A DNA stretch of 63,908 nt from Prorocentrum cordatum (taxonomy: Eukaryota): assembly GCA_963575745.1 (NCBI GenBank), contig CAUYUJ010000296.1:1-63908 (forward strand), written 5' to 3'. Below are positions 35,245 through 48,919 of the stretch, piece after piece. A program made the translations under genes and the position numbers. Position 1 is the first letter of the stretch. Each line of letters starts with the position of its first letter. The notes under the pieces are model-generated. The model was not told the DNA's origin. It worked only from the letters and a program-made list of their open reading frames with translations, and ran no database searches.

Positions 35245-36385
35245 TTATGAAGTAGACGAGGTGGCACCACGTCTCCGGGCCATCAAGAGCAACATCTCGG
35301 AGTTCGCCTCCTCCAAGCTGAACTTGCATTCCGAGAGCTTCTGCACCAAAACCTCCATCTCCTCGTCGTCGAGGCCGAAGACTGCTTCCATGTGACAGCT
35401 GGGGCGTACCAGGAGTGCACCCTGACCATTTCCAGGGTCGCCTGGCATTGCAGGCCCCTCTCTCCTGGTCTATGGCTTGTGGCACACATCTGCACGCCGC
35501 CCTCTGATGCAACACCACCTTCGAGTTCAGAAACTACATGATGCACGGCACTATCAGGGGCATCTCCACCAAATGCCGCGACCTCCAGCGCCCCAACTTC
35601 GTTGAGGCTTGCAGTGCCTTCCAGCTCAGCGCCTGCAGCGGCGGCCCGAGCCTGCTCCATCTTATCCTCGCGGACGATCTCCTTTCTCATAAAGCGCTTC
35701 GTCCGCTTCTTCTGCTGTATGTGCTTGTTCCTGTCAAGCCTGGCGCCGTCCTGCGCCGTTCCTGTGGTGGAGGCGGTACGGGCGTTGGCGGACTCCTCCG
35801 CGGCGGCGAACGCCCCTGACAACAAGGTCCCCGGCGGCGCTGGCATGCTCTGACCCGCTGGAAGCACTGGCCCACGAGCACCTGCTGCGTCGACTTCTGC
35901 ATGAACGGGTCCTGTATCTTGAGCACTCCTGGAGGTGGCGGTAAAAGATAAGGCTGATGCTCCACCTCCTGGGTCTTTTCCTTGCTCGGAGCGAGATCCT
36001 CCGTGTTGGTCTTCTTTTTCTTCTTGCGCTGCTTGTGCTTCTTCTTCTTCTTCTTCTTCTTCTTCTTGTCGCTCCACTTTGAGAACTTGCTCTTCATGTT
36101 GCATGGCAGCGGAAGGGCCGAAGTGGCCACCTTGTCCAACACAGACACCGTCAACACTTTGTCCAACTCGGACACCTGCAACATCTCCAAGAGCCACCGT
36201 GGAGGAGAGGGTGGTCGCAACACCTTCTTCACGCCGACCGACGTGCGAAGCAAGATGGACGTTTGCACTTTCCAGCGCGAGGTAGGATTGCCACTCGCTG
36301 ATGATGAAGACGTCGCCATCGAATGGCGCAATGCGGTTAATGAGCTCGCCGCTTAACACGTTCTCAAGGCTGAAGAGACGCATCA
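35245..36385 (-). other. Uncharacterised intronless coding-like segment (probably repeat-borne, frameshifted near its 3' end)
   Basis: Non-repetitive protein-like stretches (ENVLSGELINRIAPFDGDVFIISEWQSYL; KHIQQKKRTKRFMRKEIVREDK; EEMEVLVQKLSECKFSLEE); no known motif. Confidence 0.35.
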
Positions 36386-36406
36386 ACGTCCCGAACCACA
36401 CTAGGT

Positions 36407-36602
36407 TCGGGCCTGGCGAAAGGAGGGGATAGCAAAGGGGGGGTTTGAGAATCAGCTCACGTGGCTGATTTTCCCGGCGCCTCCTGGCGCTGGGAGGCGC
36501 CCATGTATCGAGGAATGGGCCCCTCAGTGGGGCCGAAACCAGCTGCATGCAGCAGATTTTGTAACCCCCCCTTTCCCAATCCCCCCCTTTCGTTCGGCCC
36601 GA
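36407..36602. mobile_element. 196-bp MITE with 5-bp TSD TAGGT
   Basis: TIR TCGGGCC...CGAAAGG.GGGGAT...AAAGGGGGGGTT and its complement; TAGGT at 36402-36406 and 36603-36607. Confidence 0.8.
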
Positions 36603-38384
36603 TAGGTCAAGGCAGAAGAAGACCCCGTAACACTCGGTCTCGGCTGCTGGCCTCAGCATCCGATAGCCCTCAACCCGCACAGAGCATCTGGTACAGCGCC
36701 GAGCCGTCGCGCGGGCACGCGGGCGCCGCAGGCCGGGGCCTGCTGTGCTCGAGCCGACGAGGCTTGAGGGAGGAGGAGGGGGAGAGGGAGGAGGGGGAGG
36801 GGGAGGGGGAGGGGGAGGGGGAGGGGAGGGGGAGGAGGGGGAGGGGGAGGGGGAGGAGGGGGAGGGGGATGGGGAGGGGGAGGGGGAGGAGGAGGAGGAG
36901 GAGGAGGAGGAGGAGAGGAGGAGGAGAGGAGGAGGAGGAGGAGGAGGAGGAGGAGAGGAGGAGGAGGAGGGGGAGGAGGAGGAGGAGGAGGAGGGGAGGA
37001 GGAGGGAGGAGGAGGAGGAGAGAAGGGGGAGGAGGAGGAGGGTGGAGGAGGAGGAGGAGGAGCATTAGCATGAGCATGATCAGATGGCAAAGGCAACGTG
37101 TACAACAACCTTAAACATGCATCATATATTACGCCTGCGAACTTCTTGATGCAAGCTCGGCCTGCCCGAGGACCTTAGGCTACAACCCTCTGGATATTCT
37201 GTCCAAGTGTTCAACTCCAGACGGGGGTGCAGGAGCAGAAATAGGAGGAGGAGGAGGAGGAGGAGGAGGAGGAGGAGGAGGAGGAGGAGGAGGAGGAGGA
37301 GGATGAGGAGGAGGAGGAGGAGGAGGAGGAGCAGGAGGAGGAGCAGGAGGAGGAGGAGGAGGAGCAGGAGGAGGCCCGAGGAGGACAAGGACAAGGGCAC
37401 CCGCATATAGGGGGTACAAGGCCCGAGGAGCAGCAGGAGGAGGAGGCCTGGTCGCCGAGAGCTCGTGCTCACGCAACCTCTTCCTCTGTCCGAAGGCGGC
37501 GGCCGGCGCCCCTCAGTCGAAGTAGCGCGGGTCGGCCCGGGGCGCGGGCGGCGACGCGCTGGCCGCCGGGCCGCCGGAGGCCTCTCGCTCGGGGGCGGGG
37601 GGGGGGGAGAGCGGGCGGAGGCAGGGTGCGCGGCAGGCGCGCGCGGCGACTGCCCAGCAACGTTTTTTGCCCTGCGGTGCACTGTGTGGGCAGAGGAAGA
37701 AGAGACGCCACAAGCGTAAACTTCTGGCGCTCCGCGCGGATCTCTTGGATCTGCGCTGGGCCCCCCCTCCCTGGCGCGCGCAGCGCGCCAGGGGCGGCGC
37801 CAGTGGCGCCACCGAGGGTCCAGCGCAGATCCAAGAAATCTGCGCGGAACGCCAACAATTTATGTTTATGGCGTTTTTTTTATTCTTCGAGTTATACTGC
37901 CGAAATCTATAGTAAGGACGGGCGGTAAGGACGCAGGGGCCTCGGGCGCCGAAGTTGGCACTTTTCGGCCGGCTTGCTGCTAACTCCCTGAGGGGCTGGC
38001 AAGTGAAAACCGCGAAGGACGGGCCGCAGAGGCAAGGACGCAAGGGTACCCTGAGGACATCAGTGCGTCCTCACTATGAGTTTTGACTGTATGGTCGCGT
38101 GCATTTTGTAGCGTTGCCGACTTGCGTCAGTCACACACCCATGTTAGCAGGCATGCTGTATGACCCCTCTCAGGAGCTCTCGGGAGCCCGACGGGGCTGA
38201 TGTGACCCCGTGTTGTCCCAATGACCCAACGGGGCTGTGTGACCCCGTGTTGGCCATGACAACCGCTCCAGTACACAGACCTTGTGACGCGAACAAAATG
38301 GACGGCAGCATGTGTATTTAATTGTTTGCTGTTTCCCCACCCCCCCACCCCCTTCTGCGTTGGGTTCTCGTTTTGAGCAGGGTA

Positions 38385-38819
38385 CTGGGGGGCTGCCAAT
38401 TGCGCAACTGTCGCCCCTTTCGTGCGATGCCGGGAGGTCCAGCGGAGTGGAGTGCCACGCGGACCTGGTCGAGACTTCGCTGCCCCACTTTCGTGTGTTG
38501 CTAGATCCAGGGTAGTGGAGTGCAACGCGGACGCAGACGAGACTTCGCTGCTCCCTGGGGGCTGTCAGCTTCGCAATTGTCTTCGCTTTCGTGCGTTGCT
38601 AAGAAATCCGCCAGAGTGGAGTGCCACGCGGACCCAGACGAGACCTCGGTGCGCCCTGGGGGCTGCCAACTGGGCAAACGTCGCCACTTTCATGCGTTGC
38701 TGAGAGGGCCAGCGGAGTGGAGTTGAACGCAGACCCAGGCGAGACCTTGCGGTTCTCTGGTGTGTGTGTGTGTGTGTGTGTGCGTGTGCGTGTGTGCGTG
38801 TGCGTGTGCGCGCGTGTGC

Positions 38820-38865
<46 letters not shown>

Positions 38866-38937
38866 GCGTGTGCGTGTGCGTGTGCGTGTGCGTGTGCGTG
38901 TGCGTGTGCGTGTGCGTGTGCGCGTGTGCGTGTGTGC

Positions 38938-38999
<62 letters not shown>

Positions 39000-39100
39000 T
39001 GTGTGTGTGCTACCAGCTGCGCAACTATCGCCACTTTCGGGCGCTCCTGGAAGGTCCAGCGGAGTGAAGTTGCACGCAGACCCAGACGAGACCTCGTGTG
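38385..39100. repeat. ~70-100-bp degenerate tandem repeat interrupted by a (GT)n/(GTGC)n tract (38760-39010)
   Basis: Recurring CCAGCGGAGTGGAGT..ACGC.GACC.AG.CGAGAC.TCG units. Confidence 0.8.
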
Positions 39101-40458
39101 TCTCTCAATGTGTTCGTCTGTATGGAGGGCTCCTATTCATACTCGGCTTGCGCCTAGAAAGGGGAAAGGGTTGGGCTCGGCTCGGGTGATTCCTGCTATC
39201 ATCGCACGACTTATCACGTCGTCGGGTCTGTGTGCCATGCCGGGGCTGCGATGCAGGCCGGCAATCTGCGGCCAGAAACTCTTTGGCGAACCGGCGATGA
39301 CTGTCCCTCCTCAACAAGGGGGGCGCAGTCATCGTGCTTCCGTGAGGATGCCTGAAGAACGAGCGAAGGGGCTTCTCTGGCAAAAGCCAGGCTTGGCCAC
39401 GAAGAGGTTCTCCGATCTAGGTCTGAACGACGGCCCGAAAACCGGAGCCCGTCCTTAGCCCCAGTAGGCCTTCGTTCCAGCGTTTAGACTGTATGGCGCT
39501 CCCAATCCTTGACTTTCTAGGGCCTTCGACTAGGCACAAACATGTCGGCCCATCTCGGGGACATACGGTGGGCGGCGTCCATCCTCGATAGGGGTGGGGA
39601 GCGTTCGAAGAGCTCCACAGTGGCAACTGCCAGGAGGCCTTTGCAAGAGCTACTCAGGGTTCATGAGCCCCATGAAAAAAAGCATTCAGCCAAATTAGGC
39701 CCAATATTACGCCGGAATGAACGGGTTAAAGCCAGATTCGGCGGGATTTAACGATGTGCGGACGGTTTTCGACGAGAGAATTGTAACCAAGCCTGGCCCT
39801 GATTCCGCACGGTGGGCCCGCAGACATCCGACGCTTCGGTAGCTTGAGGCGGCCAGTCTGTCCCGAATGCTGGCCTCTGGAGGGTGGTTTCGGAGCTCGG
39901 GGCCGTCAACATAACTACACAGAATGGAAAACTGACTCCCCCGGTGAACGGGTCGAGGGGTCCGGGGGCCCATGTCGCCCCGACGCCCTCCGTTGGCCGT
40001 TGACGCCGCCAAGCATTTTCCGCAAGTGCTGATGTCCCCACAAACAGCACATCTGTGAGAGGCTACATCAGTCATGCCGTGACTGCTCTCATGAGAACTG
40101 CCGACGCTCATGGCCCGCTCCTGAAACCCTGAATCGAGTTTCAAACTGGTGACATCTCTCCTGAAGACACATTTTGTTTCCGCCGGACTTCGCCAAACTT
40201 CTCCCAACTTTCGCTGGAAGCTCCCGATTGCGATATGTGAACTTCTCGATCCCTTCAAGGAGAAGCCTTTTTTGGTGGGTCCAATATAAGCCGGCGCCAA
40301 TAGCGCCGCCAGGGGGGACCCAGTGCCAACGCACGAATTCCACGCGGATCGCCGAACAATTACGCTTGTGTCGTGTCTTCTTATCCGTCTTGTTGTTGTT
40401 GCGGTTGTGGTTGTGGTTGTGGTCGTGGTCGTGGTTGTGGTTGTGGTTGTGGTTGCTG

Positions 40459-40529
<71 letters not shown>

Positions 40530-40554
40530 GAAGTCTCGCTACGGAAACATAGTT

Positions 40555-41543
40555 ATGGTTGATCCCCCCTCTGGCGCACATTGTTTTTTCAATTGAAGTG
40601 CCCCTCCCGGCGCTCGCACCCTGTTTTTTATCAAGGACAATCTTCCTCCTCAAGCTGGGCCCCAGGCCCCCGGGTTAGCCAGGACCCCCGCTCCCGCCTG
40701 CGACTTCCTCGCATTTTATTATGAAATCGTGCTCTCGCTTGGGAATTCTATGCAATGTATGCAGGAATAGTTTTTTTTCGGCGCTTTGGAGTCGCGCTCT
40801 CGCTGGAGACTTGCTTGCAATTTACTCAAGACTAGCGCCCTTGCGTTGGAATTTGCCGCAATTTACTCAAGCGCCGCGCTCCCGACACTCAGGCACCCAG
40901 GAGTCGCGCTCACGCTTAGGACTCCCTCACAGATTACTTCTGCATCGGGATATCGCTGCCTTTCGTGGCCCCGTTGCAGCCACTCGTGGCCCCACATGCA
41001 TGCCCTTCGTGGCCCCGTTGCAGCCCTTCGCGGCCCCCTCGCTGCCCTTCGTGGCCGCAAATATGTATGCCTTTTGTGGCCCCCGCTCGTTCGCGCCCGT
41101 CGTGGCCCCATATGCATGCCCTTCGTGGCCGCGCTGTCGCCCTTCGTGGCCCCTTCGCTGCCCTTCGTGTGGCCCCGTTGCTGCCCTCAGTGGCCCCGTC
41201 CTTGCCCTCCGCGGCTCAATATACGTATGCCCTTCGTGGCCCCAGTTCGTTCGCGCCCGTCGTGGCCCCATGTGCGTGCCCTTCGTGGCCCCGCAATCGC
41301 CCTGTGTGGTCCCCTCGCTGTCCTACGTGGCCCAGTTGCTACCCTCCTACTGCTACCCTCAGTGGCCCCCGCGTTGCCTTCTGTGGCCCCGCATTATGTG
41401 CCCCTCGTTGCCCCCGCTCGTTCGCGCTCTCCGTGGCCCCGTACGCATTCCCTTCGTGTCCCCGCTGTCGCCCTTCGTGACCTACTTCGTGCCCTTCGTG
41501 GCCCTGCTGTCGTTCTTTCTCTCGCTTTCGCTTTCGCTTTTGC

Positions 41544-41584
<41 letters not shown>

Positions 41585-43330
41585 GGCGTCGTCGTCGTCG
41601 TGGTCGGTCCACTGTCCGTTCCTCTTGGGGACGGGTTGCCGCCGATCAGCGCTGCCGCTGGCCAGGCCGACGGTCCGCGGCCACCCCGCCGCTTGCCGGG
41701 GCCCGGCCTGCAGGGAAGAACGGTACCCCGCAAAAAGGGCACGATCGAAGACGAAGAGGGCGGGTATCGAGGGTTTGGGAAATACGCGTTAACGGACACT
41801 CGAGCAGATAAGAGCGAACAGCCTTAACATTATTGTTGCTGCTGTTATTATTGTTGTTGCTGTTGTTGTTGTTGTTCTTGTTGTTGTTGTTGTTGTTGTT
41901 GTTTTTTTATGGTTGTTGTTGCTGTTGTTGTTGTTGCTGTTGTTGCTGTTGTTGAATTTTCACGATTGAAGAACAATTATTGCTGATCGCCCCCTCTGGT
42001 AACATACGGCAGGTCCGTGTCGTGCCGACTTCGGCGTTGGTTTCTGACACCGCGGGGATCGTTCAACCTTGAACGATCGGCCGTCTCCGCAACGTCCAAA
42101 TGTTCAACATCGAACGATTCTGAGTCGCCCGCGGCGTTCAAAGTTGAACGCCGCTGGCGGGGTCGCCGCCGGTCGACACGACGCGAACCTACCGTATGTG
42201 TTTTTCAATTGAAGTGCCCCTCCTGGGGTTTGCACCCTGTTTTTTAATAGGGGAACTCATCCTGCTCAAACTGTGCCCCTGGCCCCCCGTTTACAACAAC
42301 AACGGCTCCCGCCTGATACTTCCTCGCAATGTACTAAGGAATCGCGCTCTTGCTAGGGACTTTCTTACAATTTATCAGAGAATCTCGCTCTCACATGTGA
42401 CTTCCTCGCAATTTATTCAGGCGCCACGCCCTCCCCATTCATGAATCGCGCTCTCGCTTGGGTCTTCCTCACCTCATGATATACTTAGGGATCGCGCTCT
42501 CGCCAGAGACTTCCTGGATAATTATGCAGGACTCACGCATTCGCGTAACATGCGTGTTTTTTTGATTGAAATGCCCCCCTTCTGGGGCTCGCTGTGTTTC
42601 TACCAGGGAGCATCTTCCTGCTCAAACTGTACCCCTGGCCACCAGTTTAAAACAACAGCGGCTCCCGCCTGATACTTCCTTGCAGTGTATTGAAGAATCG
42701 CGCTTTCGCTAGGGATCTCCTTGCCATTTATAAAAGAATCGCGCTCTCGCCTGATACGTCCTGACAGTTTATTCAGGCGCCGCTCTTTCGACACTCAGAA
42801 ACCGCGCTGTCGCTTTGGACTTCCTCGCAATTGATTGAGGCGCCGCGTCCTCGACACTCAGGAATCATGCTCATGCTTTGGATTCCCTCACGAGATGTAT
42901 TTTGGAATTGCGCTGTCGCTCAGGGCTTCCTCGCGATTATGCAGGACGCACGCTTCAGCAACCCGCCTGCTCGACCTGGCCGCCTGGGCCCGCCTGTTAG
43001 GGTCTACCCGCCCGATCTGCCCATCTGGTTCTGCCACATGTTTTCTGCTCCTAGCTCCTCTCCTGCTACTCTCTCTCGTGCTTCATCCTCCTCTCCCCCT
43101 TGTCCCTTCCTTCCATCCGTCCTCTCTTCCACTGCCTTAGGTGCTGCACGAAATACGCGTTGCAGGCTAGAAAGATATACCCCCAATGGGATACGATCGA
43201 AGACGAAGAAGGGGTATCGAGTGTTCTGGATATACGTGTTGAATGGCACGTGAGCGGATCAGAGCGCACAGTCTGAAAATGGCTGTTGTTGTTCTTTATT
43301 ATTCTTCTCATTATTGTTATTCTTCGGCAT
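40555..43330 (+). mobile_element. Two tandem ~1.3-1.4-kb units of element F with (GTT)n tails and an internal CCCTTCGTGGCCCC minisatellite; further unit at 55010-56200 plus truncated start at 56225-56280
   Basis: Shared head (ATCCCCCTC...TTTTTCAATTGAAGTGCCCCTCC) and shared tail (ACGATCGAAGACGAAGA.GG.GGGTATCGA...), followed by (GTT)n. Confidence 0.8.
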
Positions 43331-44769
43331 GTCGGCTACACGCAAGAGTGACCCCAGGCAAGAGTGACCTGTGGCGTGTGTCTTGTCTATCCTTGCCCGC
43401 GATGCGACAGTGTCGGCCCGCGCGCCTGGGTTTGCCCGGCTTGCCCTCCCCCCCTCCCCCGGAGAGCCGCGCCCCGAAGGCCACTCTGGTTGAGGGGCGC
43501 CCTGACGCGTCGAACATCTCGCGTGGAGAGGCAATCTGCAAAATCGTTGAACGTCAAAACTAGGGAAAAAACAAACCTACCTCGCTTTTGACCACCCTCG
43601 CTTCCACGAGATACCAAACGATGCCAAATTGCAGCCTGTACTGGTCAGGCCGCTTGACGAGGAGGCGCGTGGTATGGCTTGGTTTTGCCTGGAAGCGCAA
43701 GCGGGGTAGGTAATTCACGCTCTGAAAAACGGTCCACTGATGGCAGACGCGAAGGGCTGAGGATGTGTCGAAGGGGCAAGGATACCAGGGCACCCTTGCA
43801 AAAACGCTCTGCCCTTGTTACGAGCTTTGACTGTGTGTCGCGTATTATTACCAGTCTTCCTCTTCTGCTTCTTCTTCCTCGACGTGTGCCAGACTCCAGA
43901 CACCCTGATTCCCCAAAAAATGCCGTCATAATTCTACTTCCGCTGGCCTTCTATCAGCGGTCCAGCCGCTGTTTCATTTTCTCTGGCCTTCCGCCGAGGG
44001 CGTGGATGCACCGAAAGCGAGGCATTTTCAAAGACGAGAACAATGTCATGAAGCGATTGTCTCAAAATACGTTCCAAGATTTCTGGAGATTCCAACGCTC
44101 CCTGGCCACTCGTACTTGGCCACTCGTCCCCGGTCGCTCGGGACAATACTGGAACGCTTCGAACGTATCGCCACCATGGCTTCTTGCCCATCTGATTCCT
44201 GTGACGCTCCATATGGCGCACTCCTCGGCTTCCTTCTTTCCACAGCCCTGGGGACGAAAGCATGAGGTGTCCACGCGTGCGCACGTCGGCGGTAAGAATG
44301 GCAGCAAGGGAGACGTGGGACAAAGAAATAGCAACGACCACCATCAACTCTCGCCATACGGATTGAGAGGGGCATAGCGATGGGAAGAGCTCCTCCGTCG
44401 CTCGGGGAAAGAGCAATGGCATAAAAATCAACTTTCTGCGCGGATTTCGTGGATCGGTGCTGGACCCCCCTCCCTGGCGCGCAAAGGCGCGCAAAGCGCA
44501 CTAAGGGCGGCGCCGGAGGCGACGCCCGGGTGCTCCAGCGCCGGTCCAAGAAATCCGCGCGGACCTCCGAGCAGTTCTGTTTACGTCATTGTTTGTTTCC
44601 CGAGTCTCCTCCCCCGAAACCTCAGAGATCTTGGAACTCTGCCTCCTCTGAATCCTCGTGTTTGAAGCCTTGGAACTCTGACTCCTCTGGGAACTTTGAA
44701 GTCCGACTCCTGGAAGCCGTGGACGTCATGGATACCTTGAAAATGACGTCTTCCAAGTATTGCAAATGA

Positions 44770-44980
44770 GGCGTGAGTAAACGGGCCAGTAGCTAAGGGT
44801 GCGTTTTCAATGGTGTCCTCAAAGTTAAAGTACAAGTGAAAAGGTACCCCCCCGCCCAGAGTTGTGATGATGTATCGACGTTTTCGTCGTCCCGATTTAT
44901 CACGCACTTGTGCGAGGTAAATGAAATGCCCCGTTCTCGCTGGAAGAGGCCCCTTAGCTACCGCTCCGTTTACTGACGCC
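44770..44980. mobile_element. ~211-bp MITE
   Basis: TIR GGCGTGAGTAAACGGGCCAGTAGCTAAGGG / CCCTTAGCTACCGCTCCGTTTACTGACGCC. Confidence 0.65.
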
Positions 44981-46327
44981 CTGCTTGCAGGGGCTCGGCT
45001 CTTGCTCCTCTGCCTCCTGCCGGCGCGCCCTGTGCGTGCGGGTGCCCAACCGCATCAGCACGGCGCCCTCGCTGCTGGCGCCGCCCTCGCCAGCCTCGGC
45101 CTGGGGCGGGCGCGGGGAGGGCTGCAGCCGGCCCGAATCAGAAGGATGCGCGACGAGGAGGCGAGGGCCTCGGACGCCCCTTTCGAAGCCTTTCGAGCGC
45201 GGCGCGGCGAACGAAGCTGGCCAAGGATGGACCGAGGAGGCGAGGATGCAAGCGTACCCGGACCCTTGGGAACGCTGCCCACGCTTCCTGTGCGGGCTGA
45301 CTGGGCTCCCGGGGGCTCGCGGCCAGGCTCTCCTCCGGCTCGGGGGCCAGGAGGAGGAGGAGGAGGAGGAGGAGGAGGAGGAGGAGGAGGAGGAGGAGGA
45401 GGAGGAGGAGGAGGAGGAGGAGGAGGAGGAGGAGGGGAGGAGGAGGAGGGGAGGAGGAGGAGGAGGAGGAGAGGCGGGAGGAGGAGGAGAGCGAACGGCA
45501 ACGTGTAAACCAGAGGTTCTGGGAGCGCGGACGGCAACACGTAAAAACATAGCTTTCGGCGCTTGGGGCACCTGCCGGGCCCCCGAGACCGTCAGAGACG
45601 GCTCGGCATGGAAAGCCAGAGAGGAGCACCTCGGGCCCCGCCATGTGCGGCCATCTTCGCGCCCGCACGCCCTCACTCCGCACGAGCGCAGTGGGTACTC
45701 CTCCTCCTCCTCCTCCTCCTCCTCCTCCTGCGTCATGCTTCCGGGCACATGGGTACGATGCCCAATAACAAGTCCTGCTCTTTCTGAGCAAGACTCGCTG
45801 TCCGCGCCGCCGCGGACGCTGTCCATTCGAGGCAGGAGGCCGCCTGCCTAATAGCGGCTGCTGTCGGTTTTGGACAACATTTGCTGCTGGGCATCATACC
45901 CATGCTTTCCGTGCCGGTCGTCCAAACTCTCGCCGCCCCCCTGGGATAAGGCCCGCCGCTCCGCCCCAGGCCGCGCAGCGAGGGTGAAACCTTCGCGTCC
46001 CAGGGTGGGCAACCTGAGAGGTCATGATGCTGGCGCGGAGGCACGGGCCCTCACGCCCCCATCGGACCCAGACCTGGCCTTGGATGCATCGCCAGTCGAG
46101 GGAGCTGGCGCGGAACTGGGCCCTGGCGCACAGCAGAACAGCAGAGGGAAGCGGACGCAACGGCAGTGGAAGGCTGAAAGAGCAGGATGTCGGATGATCC
46201 ACGGGCGCCTATCTCGACTCTCCACCTCCCAACCCCCACACCCGCGCGCGAAGGGGAGGGAGGAGGGAGGAGGAAGAGGAGCAGGAGGAAGAGGAGGAGG
46301 AGGAGGAGCAGGAAGAGGAGGAGCAGA

Positions 46328-46394
<67 letters not shown>

Positions 46395-47519
46395 GGAGGA
46401 GCAGTGTAAACACAAGATGCATCAACGACGTGGCAATGAACCCTTCCTCCAAGTTCCCTCTTCATAAGTCCGTACAAGAACTTGTTTTGCTAAGTCGCGC
46501 CCAAACACCATTCCTTGGACTTCAACACTGCGAAACAACGTGACTGTTGCGCGCTGACAATCCTAAACCGTATCAGAACACCGTTCTTGGGACTTCAGCC
46601 ATACGAACCCTTGAGCCTACTGCAAGCTTTGAAAGCGAATGTCCGCGGCGCTAAGGCGAGAACCCCAATTTGACAAAGAAACGCCTTACAGCCGTGAGGC
46701 TGTTGCAAACATTTCAGACGAATGCGCGCGGCGCTCAAGCGATAACCACATTTTGAAAACGGCCCGCCCTCCATCTGAACTTCTGCGAACTTTTACCACG
46801 AATGTGCGCGGCTCTAAAGCGAGAGCCACACTTTGAACTCAGCCGCCCTCCCTCCGTAAAACTGAGGCGACTTCCAAGTTTCAGGGTCAAAAAAGGTGAG
46901 GAAGTCTCAGGCGAAACGCCCAGCCCGCCCTACTGTCACGTCGTAGGGCACGTCAGGGAGGAGCTATTTGTAAGGAGAAGGGGTGGAGAAGGGATGACGT
47001 ATGGCTGCGTCCTCTTGGGCCCCAGAGCCACCAGCCACAGCGGCAGGCGGGGGAGGAGCAGCAGGAGGGGGCGCAGGTCGAGGAGAAAGAGGAGGAGGAT
47101 GAGGAGGAGGAGGGGGAGGAGGAGAAGGAGGAGGAGGAAGGAGGAGGAGGAGGACCAGTACGCTGCGGCGCGCCGGTTCGTCGACCACGACGGCTCGATG
47201 TCTCGACAACCTCACGCGGTTACTGAGGCCAGGCTCCGGACATGGAGGGGAGCCGGGCTGCGGGGGCAGCCGACCACCAAAAAATACGGAAACGCTATCG
47301 GCCTAGTGGCCGGAACAGCGAAAGGGCCATCCGAGACAATCATTGCCCAGGCGCCGGGGCGGAATTGTTACTTAAAGGCGTTTTTTACCTAACAGCGAAG
47401 ACTGATAGGTTTCTAGTAGGGTCAAAAGAAAGCATCATGACGCCCCAAAGGGGTCTGGGCGCGATCCGGGGAGATGCCGGGGACTTTTCTTTAACCAACA
47501 GTTACACACTTCGCGGTCT

Positions 47520-47850
47520 TCGAGGTCCCAAAACTCCATTCCCGGGCCACATTCTGAATGTCCGGAGCCAACTGTAGGCCACTTCGTGGTCTTCGAGTTC
47601 CCAGAACTCCATTCCCGGGCCACATTTTGAATGCCCGGAGCCAACTGTAGGCCACTTCGTGCTCTTCGAGTTCCCAGAACTCCATTCCCGGGCCACATTT
47701 TGAATGCCCGGAGCCAACTGTAGGCCACTTCGTGGTCTTCGAGTTCCAGTTCCCAACTGGGCATGATTTTGAATGCCCGGAGCCAACTGTAGGCGTAGGA
47801 GTTGTAGGCCACAGTTCCCAGAACTCCATTCCCGGGCCACATTTTGAATG
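47520..47850 (+). repeat. 73-bp tandem array (~4.5 units)
   Basis: AACTCCATTCCCGGGCCACATT at 47532, 47605 and 47678. Confidence 0.92.
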
Positions 47851-48770
47851 CTGAGGCAGGCTGATGCTGAGGCTGAGGCAGGCTGAGGCTGAGGCAGGCT
47901 GAGGCTGAGGCAGGCTGAGGCTGAGGCCGAGGCAGGCACTGAGGCTGAGGCTGAAGCAGGCTGAGGCTGAGGCTGAGGCAGGCTGAGGCTGAGGCTGAGG
48001 CAGGCTGATGCTGAGGCAGGCTGAGGCTGAGGCTGAGGCTGATGCAGGCTGAGGCTGAGGCAGGCTGAGGCTGAGGCTGAGGCTGAGGCTGAGGCTGAGG
48101 CAGGCTGAGGCTGAGGCAGGCTGAGGCTGAGGCTGAGGCTGAAGCAGGCTGAGGCTGAGGCAGGAGGCTGAGGCTGAGGCTGAGGCTGAGGCTGAGGCTG
48201 AGGCTGAGGCTGAGGCTGAGGCTGAGGCTGCTGAGGCTGATGAGGCTGAGGCTGAGGCTGAGGCCTGAGGCTGAAGGCAGACTGAGGCTGAGGCTGAAGC
48301 AGGCTGAGGCTGAGGCTGAGGCAGGCTGAGGCTGAGGCTGAGGCTGAGCTGAGGGCTGAGGCAGGCTGAGGCTGAGGCTGAGGCTGAGGCAGGCTGAGGC
48401 TGAGGCTGAGGCTGAGGCTGAGGCTGAGCAGGCTGAGAGCTGAGGCAGGCTGAGGCTGAGGCTGAGGCTGAGGCAGGCTGTTGCTGAGGCAGGCTGAGGC
48501 TGAGGCTGAGGCTGATGCAGGCTGTGGCTGAGGCAGGCTGAGGGTGAGGCCGAGGCCGACGGCAGACTGAGGCTGAGGCTGAAGCAGGCTGATGCTGACG
48601 CAGGCTGAGGCTGAGGCTGATGCAGGGTGAGGCTGAGGCAGGCTGAGGCTGAGGCCGAGGCTGAAGGCAGACTGATGTTGAGGCTGAAGCAGGCTGAGGC
48701 TGAGGCTGAGGCAGGCTGAGGCTGAGGCAGGCTGAGGCTGAGGCTGAGGCAGGCTGAGGCTGAGGCTGTG
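47850..48770. repeat. (GCTGAG)n/(GCTGAGGCAG)n array
   Basis: Direct reading. Confidence 0.95.
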
Positions 48771-48919
48771 ACTGCGACTGCCGTTGCCACTGCGACTGTC
48801 ATCGCGAATGCGACTACGACTGCGAGAACAGCATAATTCTACAACAGGATTCTCATCTGAATCTTAAGGGGAATGCTTCCAGATATGCTCCTACACATCG
48901 CTGTTAGGTTGCTTTGCCG

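Noticed and set aside
43934..44770. Gene interrupted by the 44401 family-A copy, or a transposase remnant
   Set aside because: Removing the MITE yields no convincing protein in any frame, and the KPWWRY...ALES resemblance to a transposase is too weak to call.
47435..48802. 455-aa SLSL/ASAS/QPQP ORF
   Set aside because: It is a translation of the (GCTGAG)n and 73-bp arrays.
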